From Candidatus Nomurabacteria bacterium (GTDB lineage Bacteria; Patescibacteriota; Minisyncoccia; Phycocordibacterales; UBA9973), in NCBI GenBank assembly GCA_026395995.1, contig JAPLXQ010000013.1:1-52041 (forward strand): a stretch of DNA of 52,041 nt. Reading direction: 5' to 3'. This document shows positions 18,395-28,400 of the stretch, piece by piece. The notes below the pieces were generated by a model, which saw only the letters and a program-made list of their open reading frames with translations, searched no databases and was not told where the DNA came from. The stretch's first letter is position 1, and each line of letters begins with the position of its first letter. Both the position numbers and the translations under genes were made by a program.

Positions 18395-19303
18395 TTAATT
18401 TTTTTGTATCCTTCTTTTATGATACCGCACATAGGCACCATGAATCAATAGTGTAATCAAAATTATTAGTAATAACACTACTATAAATATAAATTTAGAA
18501 GGAATATTTCTAGAATTAACTTTTTCTATTTTGTAGTTACCAGCCAAATCAATAGCTTTTATACTAATTTCACTTGAAAGAGTTTGATCTACTAATAAAT
18601 ATGGACTTTCAGCTAAAATCCAATTTCTATTTCCTTCCTTTATTTCATAATGATCAATACCACTCTGCTTATCATTAGTATTAAATACTAATACAGACTG
18701 ACCGTCATACATATTTGAATCTTTTGAAATCATTGGAGTAAAATCTTCTGGAGAGATAGTATCTACGATGCTTACAACATAATGACTACCAATAGAATTT
18801 AAATTCAAAAAAAGTTCCCTTGTTTGAGTAATATCTTCTGTCCCCAAACCATCGTTTTTATAAACATGAATATCATTAAATGAAATTTTTCCAACACCCT
18901 GAGCCTTAACTTTGAAAGTAATATTTAAAATTACACCTTCAATAGGATTTTGAGTTACAGGATCAACCACAGATTGATAACCACCAGGCATAATACCTGA
19001 AAATATTATAGAATTTCCTGAAATTCTAGGATTTTCAATCCAAATAGGAACAATAGAATTTGCTGATAAAATACTTTCAGCAGACAATAAATTGTCATCA
19101 AAGTTTATATCTCCAGAAATTGCATTTACATTTTCTGTATTATTTGAAAGTATTACCTGTACAGTGAATTCATCACCTACACCTAAGGTAGGTGTATTTG
19201 TTTTTAAAACTATTTCTGAAGCAAATAAATTTGTAGGAATAATAAAAAAAACAAAAAAACTTAAGATAAACAAATATTTAATTTTAAAAATATTTTTAAC
19301 CAT
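18395..19303 (-). CDS. Secreted cohesin-domain protein with a C-terminal TM anchor
   Basis: VGDEFTVQV...VNAISGDINF...ITFKVK..G...NDGLGT, paralogous to the neighbouring gene; SGIDHYE...KAIDLAGN domain; TM plus basic tail. Confidence 0.78.
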   Translation of the reverse strand: MVKNIFKIKYLFILSFFVFFIIPTNLFASEIVLKTNTPTLGVGDEFTVQVILSNNTENVNAISGDINFDDNLLSAESILSANSIVPIWIENPRISGNSIIFSGIMPGGYQSVVDPVTQNPIEGVILNITFKVKAQGVGKISFNDIHVYKNDGLGTEDITQTRELFLNLNSIGSHYVVSIVDTISPEDFTPMISKDSNMYDGQSVLVFNTNDKQSGIDHYEIKEGNRNWILAESPYLLVDQTLSSEISIKAIDLAGNYKIEKVNSRNIPSKFIFIVVLLLIILITLLIHGAYVRYHKRRIQKN

Positions 19304-20234
19304 TCCAGTGGTAAGCTAAGATACTAAAATCAACCAAGTTTATAATTCCATCCCCATTCAAATCTACACCTATTGGAGGGCCTGACCGATGATACCAATA
19401 AGCCAAAACGGAAAAATCGATTAAATTCACATGACAATCATTATTCAAATCACTTTTTGTGCCACAATCTTCTTTTTTTTCTATTGTCGTATCTCCGACA
19501 GCAAAAGTAAGTGTCTTACTATATGAAGAAGTTTCATTTGAAATTGTATTTGGTAAAGATGATTTTGATTTTGTATTATGACTACCGTATTCTAATGGCA
19601 TTGTATTTAAATTATACAAATAAGCACCATTATTATCAGAGGGTATTGTATTAAAAATTTCATTTGCGGAATGCACTTCTATCACCACTGTTGCATTCGG
19701 TGCAGTTCTACCAAAAATAGTGAGCGTTTCTCCTCGACGAACTTGTTGTTTATTTATTTCAATTGTCGGGGCAAGAAAAATTCCTGAAATGTTTGTGGCT
19801 ACACCGGAAGTGATTAAAATAGGAACAGTAAAAAGTGTAGACCTTATTCCATTTGAATCTTCACCTAAAATAGAAAAAGTATATGTCCCTGAATTTAAAC
19901 CAGAAATAGAAATTGTAAAATGAGCATCAGGACCAGAAACAGTATTCACTACTTCTTGGCCATCTTTCAATAAGATAACATGAGATAATGGATATGCAAG
20001 TCCAGAAAAAGTAATACTTGTCGGTGCATTATAACTTCCCCCACCTCCTCCGCCCCCACTAGAACCTCCACTTCCTCCACTACCGACAGTTGCTGAAATA
20101 CTCAAACTACCAGCATCTACCAAGGTTATAGCAAAAGAATTTATTGGGAAAAATAAAAAAACCAAGACACTTATAAAAAGTATCTGGTTTAAAAAAATAT
20201 TTCTAAATTTTTTTGTTTGAAAGTTTTTCTTCAT
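19296..20234 (-). CDS. Secreted protein with Ig-like domains and a C-terminal dockerin type I domain
   Basis: Duplicated Ca-binding loop-helix segments SDLNNDCHVNLIDFSVL and VDLNGDGIINLVDFSIL. Confidence 0.85.
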   Translation of the reverse strand: MKKNFQTKKFRNIFLNQILFISVLVFLFFPINSFAITLVDAGSLSISATVGSGGSGGSSGGGGGGGSYNAPTSITFSGLAYPLSHVILLKDGQEVVNTVSGPDAHFTISISGLNSGTYTFSILGEDSNGIRSTLFTVPILITSGVATNISGIFLAPTIEINKQQVRRGETLTIFGRTAPNATVVIEVHSANEIFNTIPSDNNGAYLYNLNTMPLEYGSHNTKSKSSLPNTISNETSSYSKTLTFAVGDTTIEKKEDCGTKSDLNNDCHVNLIDFSVLAYWYHRSGPPIGVDLNGDGIINLVDFSILAYHWNG

Positions 20235-21258
20235 GAACTTTCTTTTTATGATCTTCTTTTCTTAGTATTTCTTCAGCCTGTCTTATCACCCAATGATTGT
20301 ATTTCTTGATCAAGAATTTACCGCCAAAGAAAATTACTAATAATAAGATAATTACAAAAATAGTGAGATGCCATGGAAATACCCAGAAAGAAAATAATGC
20401 TGTTGCTACTTCATTCTTTAGACCATAAGATAAATTAATTTCTGCTTTATAGTGTCCGAAAGCAAAATTCCTCCATTCATAACCTATTTTATTAAAAAAG
20501 TTTCCTTTATCTTTTTCTTCGAGAGGTGTAGGTCCGTCTTTTCCTTGCCAAGTAGTTTCGAATCTACGAACCTGATTCGGTAAAACATTTCCTTCTACAG
20601 GATTACCAGAAATTTTGGCTGATATCATGCCAATAATATTTTTAAAAACGATATTTCCATTTGGTTTTATACGATTACCTCCTTCGTTTCTAAATCGATA
20701 ATAAAAAGAAACAGGAAGCGAAGTAAAGAAAGTTTGTTTATTTTGTGTAGAAAATTCTAATATACCTCCTTTTTCTGTCACATTACCATTGACTGTCAGA
20801 AGAATAAGCATACCTGTTTTTGCTCCCACACCTAGTTGTCCATTATTATTTGAAGAAGTATTACCCCAAAAAATAGCTCCAAAATGTCCACCAGCATCAG
20901 CATCTTTTGGAATATTTATTTTCACTTGAATTATTTTTGAACTCTTAGGAGGCAAGACGACTGAGGTTACAGAACTCATCCAAGTGCCTACATCGTCTTT
21001 GGCTTCTATAAAACTAGGGCTACCACTTTCACCTTGTGCTTCGAAATTAGCATAAGAAGAATAATAAGTCTCTTCTGTATCACGTTCATTTATTAAAGTC
21101 ATTTCTTGTGAGATAGTTTGGCCAGCATCACCACTTATTTCAAGACGAGTTGGTGTGAGAGTCAAAGCTGATGCTTTACTTACCGGTAAAAGTAAAATAA
21201 CAATAAAAGAAAATATTGTGAAAGTTTTTTTAATAATATTTATTGAAATATTTTTCAT
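20203..21258 (-). CDS. DUF916/DUF3324 (WxL-interacting)-like or pilus-chaperone-like exported protein with C-terminal TM
   Basis: Signal peptide (ASA-L), LTPTRLEI, W......V.LPP, IPKDADAGGHFGAI, F.NEG....KP.G, NVLP...R.F, G.YKA...L.YG, FWVFPW, TM. Confidence 0.6.
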   Translation of the reverse strand: MKNISINIIKKTFTIFSFIVILLLPVSKASALTLTPTRLEISGDAGQTISQEMTLINERDTEETYYSSYANFEAQGESGSPSFIEAKDDVGTWMSSVTSVVLPPKSSKIIQVKINIPKDADAGGHFGAIFWGNTSSNNNGQLGVGAKTGMLILLTVNGNVTEKGGILEFSTQNKQTFFTSLPVSFYYRFRNEGGNRIKPNGNIVFKNIIGMISAKISGNPVEGNVLPNQVRRFETTWQGKDGPTPLEEKDKGNFFNKIGYEWRNFAFGHYKAEINLSYGLKNEVATALFSFWVFPWHLTIFVIILLLVIFFGGKFLIKKYNHWVIRQAEEILRKEDHKKKVHEEKLSNKKI

Positions 21259-21261
21259 ATA

Positions 21262-22410
21262 TTAAAAAGTCGCAGTCGCAATCAGGGTTAATGTATCAGT
21301 ATAATCAGTATGTGCTGGTGTTACACCACTTATTGCTGCATCAACCATTATTTCTCCTCGCCCTGCACTTATAGGAGCTCCAGCAGTATTGTATATTGGT
21401 TGAGCTGAAGTAGTTAACCCGCCAACAGTATTACTACTTGGGGTAGTTCCACAAGTTGAATCAAATGGAGCAACCTTAGCCAAAGTACCAGTAGTCGCAG
21501 CATTTCGATTTGCACATATTCCATAATTTGCAGTACCAGCCACCATCGCTCCCGTAGCACTAACGATTTTGTCACCTACAGTAGAAGTAGATACTAAACC
21601 ATTGGCACCATTTAAAGAAAGAACACTGACCACTGCCCCACCACCAGCATTTGTCGAAAGATCAAACCAAATACCATTTGGAGTTGATGCCCCGCCTTCT
21701 GTTGTTCCTGTGACAGCACTAGTTGTCAAAGTTCCTAAAGCTACTGAATATGGTCCACCTGTCTCTGTACTGGTAGTGGAAGTATTATATGTATCCAAAT
21801 CAAAAGTAAGTGTTTCAGACACTGTAGCTGTAACAGTAACCTGATCTTCATCTACTACAGCCACTACAAAAGAACCAGTATCGCTTGTGGTTGTTATTGT
21901 AATAGTTGGAGTTGAAAGTGTAGGGTTCTGCATATGAGTAGCAGCAATAATAATAGTAACAATATGACCAGCAGAAATAGAGTTAGTAAAAGACCCTGAA
22001 GGAGCTGTAAAGGTAATTGTTGTTGAACCAGAAACTACAGCACCCCACTGAGTAGCAGCACCATTACCAGCAGCAATAGTTTCATCGTTAGAAGTACAAC
22101 TAGCACCAGAACCATGTTCAAGTCCAGTAGTTGCTCCGTGACAAATTTGTAAATCAGTAATTACCAAGCCTGTAGTAGTAAAACCAGCTGGAAATGCTAC
22201 AGCAATAGTATTTGCAACACCAATAGCAGAAGTTGAAGTAAATTTTATACGATGACTTGAAAATGTACTTGCTTTTTCTCGAGACATTGTATCAGAGATT
22301 GCAGTTAGAGCAGCAGCATTTACACTTTGAATATAAATAATTCCAGAACTAAAAACTACGACCGATAGAATTAATAATGAGGAAACAAATTTTGATTTAA
22401 ATAATTTCAT
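21262..22410 (-). CDS. Secreted Thr/Ser/Gly-rich beta protein, putative surface-fibre or WxL-like subunit
   Basis: Signal peptide (VNA-A); C-terminus AISGVTPAHTDYTDTLTLIATATF resembles the end of the giant protein. Confidence 0.75.
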   Translation of the reverse strand: MKLFKSKFVSSLLILSVVVFSSGIIYIQSVNAAALTAISDTMSREKASTFSSHRIKFTSTSAIGVANTIAVAFPAGFTTTGLVITDLQICHGATTGLEHGSGASCTSNDETIAAGNGAATQWGAVVSGSTTITFTAPSGSFTNSISAGHIVTIIIAATHMQNPTLSTPTITITTTSDTGSFVVAVVDEDQVTVTATVSETLTFDLDTYNTSTTSTETGGPYSVALGTLTTSAVTGTTEGGASTPNGIWFDLSTNAGGGAVVSVLSLNGANGLVSTSTVGDKIVSATGAMVAGTANYGICANRNAATTGTLAKVAPFDSTCGTTPSSNTVGGLTTSAQPIYNTAGAPISAGRGEIMVDAAISGVTPAHTDYTDTLTLIATATF

Positions 22411-22477
22411 ATATTTATATATTATATCATAATCTTAAAAAAGAAAACAATAAAAAGTTATTCACAGTTATATTTTA

Positions 22478-25400
22478 TTAAAAATTACCAGTCGCAATGT
22501 ATGTAATCGTCGTAGAGTAATTCCCCGCTGGTGTAGTATCAGAAATATTAGCAAGGTAATGCATTTCTACAGTATCAGAAGTAACAGGACCAGAAGAACT
22601 AGCAATAGGTGTCGTAGTTCCACTAACAAAAGACCATTTTGGTGTTGCATGATTATAATTTGCATACATAGCTCCTGTGCCAGAAGTAATCATTGTACCT
22701 GAAAGAGCAAATTCTGATTGACCAATAGAGCCAGCACTAATATTCACAGCTGGTGAAATAGTATTCCCTCCCGAAGTTAAAGTATTTCCAAAATACGTAA
22801 GTGTATAACCATAAGCAGCATTAGTAATAATATTTAAACTATGAGCAACAACATCACTACCTACAGAACCACCAGTAGCATTAGCATAACAAATATTTGA
22901 ACTTGATAAAGTTCCGAAGCCAATATTAGAATTATCATTTGAAAAAGAAAAAGTGATAGCGGTCGGTAACCAACAAGCATCATTATTACCACTATTTGTA
23001 AGATTACTAGTATTAATAGTTATTGCTCCAGAAAAACATCCACCATCCATGACATCGAGATAGTCTGCATTTGCAGTACCAGTAGGATCTATTGTCCATT
23101 TTGTAGGAGTCGCATCAGAACGAAGAGTAATCAAATTACCAAGAGAACCCGTAACAGTAAATATTCCTGTCACATGGAATACTGGCGAGCCTGCAGTTTG
23201 AAAATCAACTTCTTTTGCTCCTGTGTGTGTAATAGTAAAATTATTAAATGTTGTCGTTCCAGAAACTGTCGCAGTATTACCACCATTCATTAATACAGTA
23301 GAAGTACCAGCTGTAAATGTTCCAGAGTTTGACCAGTTACCTGTGACAGTGACAGTCGATGCTTGTGGTAAAAAAGTTCCACCAACACCAATAGTCATAT
23401 TTCCAGTTGTAAGATTGTAATGTGAAGCTAAAGTAGTATCCAAAGTACCAGCTGAAATATTTGTCGTACCTGTGACTGTCGTAATTGCAGCAAGGCTTTT
23501 TACTCCAGCTGCAGTAACACTAAGATTGTAATATGGATTTGTCGTTGGAATTTTTATTGTTTGTGTTCCTCCGTCATATGCAACAGTATTTACTACTGTT
23601 CCTGGTGTGAGTATTCCTGTAGCCATTACTGTACTTGCAAAATTTGTATTTGAATTTAAACCTGTGGCAAAATTAGAAGATCCATTTCCTCCTGTAATAG
23701 TACTATTGAAATCGACAGTTCCTGTATTATTATTCGTTAATGTAAATCCACTACTTATTGTCACCGCTCCACCAAAAATAATTGGTCCAGAACCAGAAAG
23801 ATTTTGGCTTGCTGTAATTGTCGTAGCACCAGCACTAGTATTAAAAGAAGTTCCATTCATTGTAATACCAGCATTAAAATTATTAACTACTGTGTATAAA
23901 GCTCCTCCTGATAGATCAAAACTACTCGCTGCATTTACTGTTACAAGTCCAGAAAATGTTTTTGGATTAGAACTACTAGAACCGACGAGTGAACCAGTCA
24001 CATTTGTCGCGCCAGAAATTGTGATAGCTACTCCACCTAAAGATGTAGTTCCATCTAGAACATTCAAATTTGGTAATGTTATAGCAGTATTGAAACCAGC
24101 TGTTCCTGAAGTATTAAATGTCGCACCTGAGTTTATAGAAATTATTCCTGCTCCAGCCATTAACCCTGTGAGTTGAATTGTTCCTGTACTTGTCTTTGTG
24201 AATCTTGTATCTGCTACTGTTCCAGAAAAAGTAAGACCTGCCCCTAATGTAATATTTCCTGTACTAGCAGTAAGAGCAGCGACCCCTGTCGCATTTGTTC
24301 CTCCGGTCAAAGTCAAAAGTCCACCGAAAGAAGAATGGCACGACCCCATTGTCATTGTCATAGTCCCTGTACTAGTTGAGTTACCGATAAATGTCACGGC
24401 ACCTGTCGTAGTCATAGTCCCCGTTCCATTGTTACAAAAAATTCCTGTATTTCCAGATCCTGTCGGTGCAGTATTGTTCATAATTGCAAGATTTAGATTT
24501 GCGTTACCATTCATCGTAATATACATATTGGAAGCACTCGAGTTTGCATTAAAACTCGTAGTACCAGTGACAGTAGTCGTCGAAAGATCTGAAAGAGATA
24601 TACCGAGTGAGCCTGAAGCCAAAATAAAGTTTCCTTGAAATGTCACAGTAGCAGTATTACTATTTGTAATAGATAATCCTGAAGCTACAGTCACTGTCCA
24701 AAACGTCATACCCATAGAACCAGAAAGTGTCGGGCTTCCTGTGAATGTAGTAGTAGAAGAGGTAGAAATTCCTGTATTTAAAACACCAGTTCCATTGTTT
24801 GTAATATTGCCTCCGAAACTTGTCGTAGGAGTTACAGTTGGTGTACCGACATTTAAATCAAATAAACCTCCAGCATTTACTGTCACATCACCAGTAAATG
24901 TTTTTAAACCAGTACATGATGCAGCAGCAATACAAATTACTGATCCAGAAATATTTGAAGCCCCAGTAAAAGTAATAGCTACAGCTCCTAATTTAGTAGT
25001 TCCATCTAAAACATTTAGATTTGGAAACGTAGTAGAAGTACTCAATGTCGCAATTCCTGAAGTATTAAATGTCGCACCTGAGTTTATAGATACTATTCCT
25101 GCACCGGTCATCGTACCTGTCAGTTGAATTGTTCCTGTACTTGTCTTTGTGAATCTTGTATTGGCTACGTTTGCTGTCGTAAAAGTAAGACCAGCTAAAA
25201 TTGTGACATTTCCAGTACTAGAAGTGACACCGGCTGTTCCTGTCGCATTTGTTCCTCCGGTCAAAGTCAAAAGTCCACCGACAGAAAGATTGCAAGAACT
25301 CATAGCCAAACTAGAATTTCCTGTTGACGTAGAATTTCCTGTGATAGTAGCAGCTCCTGTAATAGTAAATGTTCCAGTACCAGCATTACAAGTAATAGTG

Positions 25401-28400
25401 GAAAGCCCTGTATTTGACGGTGCTGGAATACTCAAAGAACCTGCATTAAGATTTGCATTTCCATTCATTGTGATAGTCTGACTAAAATTTCTATTATTGG
25501 CAGTAAAACTGATAGCTCCCGTCACAGTAGTAGTAGATAAATCTGAAAGCGATACATTTTCTGCACCTCCAGCTCCATTAAAAAGAGTTAACGCTCCAAA
25601 AGTGACAGTACTAGTATTACTATTTGTAATAGTAGCAGCGTTAGCTGTTCCCAGCGTCACAGTTCCCCCGAAAGTCATAGCGACTGGACCTGACAATGTA
25701 GATGTCGCATTGAATGTCGTTGCCCCAGTATGAGTGTTAAAAGAAATGGCACTAGAAGCCATTGTAATATCACTACCAAAAATTGTAGTAGCTACGACTG
25801 ATGGTGCACCAGTTGACAAATTAAAGGATCCTCCAGAATTTATTGTCACTGCTCCGGTAAAAGTCTTAGCGCCTGTACAAGTAGCAGCTGCTGGACAAAT
25901 TACAGATCCAGAAATACTACTCGTTCCACTTACAGTAAATCCAAACCCTCCAAATTTTAATGTAGCATTGGCTGAGACAACCAAGTTATTAGAAATAGTA
26001 TCTGCTCCACCGAGAGTCGTCGTACCGGTGCTGACTGTCAACATTGGAAAAGTATAAATAGCTCCGTTTAATGCTACGGTACCAGTCGTAGTAAAAGAAG
26101 TCGCAGAAGCCCAAGAAAGTGTACCACTCGCACCTAGTGTACAGTTATTTAAAGTAATAGCTGATGCACCAGTAGTAATCACAGAACGAGAAATGTTTCC
26201 AGCTGTTCCGAATGTGACGTTTCCATTTATTGTAAGTGCCCCAGTTCCCATAGTGAGTGATGCTGTTCCAGCCGCTCCACCAGTCAAAGTCACGGCCGCA
26301 GAAGTGAATGCGTTTGTTCCTAGAGATAGATCGATACCATTAAATTGTGTACCAGTCGCCCCACCGTTTATTGTAGTCGTTCCATTTATTGTCAGAGTTC
26401 CACTCGCACCTGATGCTGCGATAATTCCCTCTTTTGCTCCAGCGACAGTCGTAGTCGGAATTGTAAATGTTGCAGTCGTTCCGACTGTCAATGTAGCAGT
26501 TCCGTTCATTGTAATAGTATCTGAAAATGCTCCAGTTGATTGATTGGCTCCTATTGTCAATGTTGTAGTAGTAGATGTTACTGTTCCAGTAGAAAGACTT
26601 AGACCAGTATTTGCTGTAATTGCTCCTCCGGTAATTGTAAGAGTAGAAAATGTGACACCAGTAGCACTTGTATTATTATTTGTCACAATAACTCCAGCGT
26701 TAATAGTGACGGCCCCACCAAAAGACATAGCCACTGTTCCAGCGAGTGTAGTAGCAGCAGTGAAAGTAACTGCACCTGTTCCAGAGTTAAACGCTGTGGC
26801 TCCAGTACTAGCTGTCAAAGTTCCAGCAAAAGTAGTTATAGTTGCGACTCCAGACAAGTTAAAACTTCCTCCAGAATTCACCATGACACCACCACTAAAT
26901 GCTTTTGTTCCTGTCGCACCATTAGAAGCAAGTGAACCTGAAACAGTTACTAGTCCTGAAAAAGTAATACCGACGTTACCGAGAGTTGTCGTTCCAGAAG
27001 TTATATTTACAATTGGAAAAGTGTACGCAGCAGAAATAGCAGAAGTTCCAGAAATGTTTACAGTTGTTCCGGCATTAAAAGAAACTATTCCTGCACCCTG
27101 CATCGTACCAGTCAAATTAAATATTCCTGCACCTGTAGTAGTAAATCTAGTATTGGCTACAGTGTTTCCAAAACTTAAACCAGCTAAAGCAGTAATAGTC
27201 CCCGTACTAGATGTCACACTGGCTACTCCTGTAGCATTTGTTCCTCCGTTTATAGAAAGAAGACCACCCACAGATAGTGTACAAGTATCCATTGCTATAA
27301 CATTTGTTCCTGTTGTAGTACTATTTCCTGTTAAGGTTAAAGTGCTAGAAAGAGTCAAAGATCCAGAACCTGCCGCACAAGTAAATTTAGATCCTCCTGT
27401 ACTTGTCGGAACGTTTAAAACCATAGAAACAGCTGAAATACTCCCTGTTCCATTTAATGTAATTGTTTGAGCATTGGCAGTAGTGTTTCCAGTATAGGTA
27501 ATAGCTCCTGTACCACCCGAAGATGTCGTCACGGTTAAAGTGGCTCCTGTACTAATAGTCAAACCATTAGCCGCTGTCGCTACTGCCATAGTTATGGACC
27601 CAACAGATGCACTAGCAGAAAGTGTTACTGTGACTCCAGAGTTTATTGTCAAAGCATCGGCAATACCAGGCCTATTTCCTGTACCTGTCCCTGTCGTCGC
27701 TGCTCCTGTACAAGAAGTGAAACTTGCAGTATCTGTACCACCCCAAGTTCCTGTAGCTGTAGCATTACAAGCGGCATCAGAAGCTATTTGCCAATTACGA
27801 CTTTCTTCAAAAGAAATATTTCCATTATTATTTAATTGTATTTTTCCTAATACATAATATTCAGGAGAAATATTTGGCGCATCAAAAATATAACCCAATT
27901 CGATCGTTTGTCCTGCTATTAAATTAACATTCCAAGAAATCTTTTTTACTTGAAGACTAGGATTATTTGGATCTTCAATAGTATCTACAGAATTAAAGTT
28001 CTCTCCATTTTCTGGAGCTAAAATATCAAAACTTTCTGGTACAAATTCACTTACAGTTCCCTGCCAATTATTATTTGCTGTTACTTTTATTAGCATTGGA
28101 TAATTTGCCAATGGCCAAATACGAGTCGGGCCAATTCTTTCAACAGAAATATTAGAGTTTGATGAAACTTCAAAAGTATCATTAATAGTTTTGATACCAT
28201 TATATGTATTAGCAGTAAGTTTCATTTTATAAGTACCAACTTCGTTTGGAATATTAAAATGTGCATAATAATCTGGTACAGAAATTACATTGTCCGGTCC
28301 ACATTGTGATTCTCGAATTATTGAATTATTACCTGTTGAAAAATTATTTATACTTCCGCTAGGACTTGTGATAGATAAATTCAAATCAGCATCACAAATA

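Noticed and set aside
17063-20234. Cellulosome
   Set aside because: Single cohesins and no recognisable carbohydrate-active catalytic domains.
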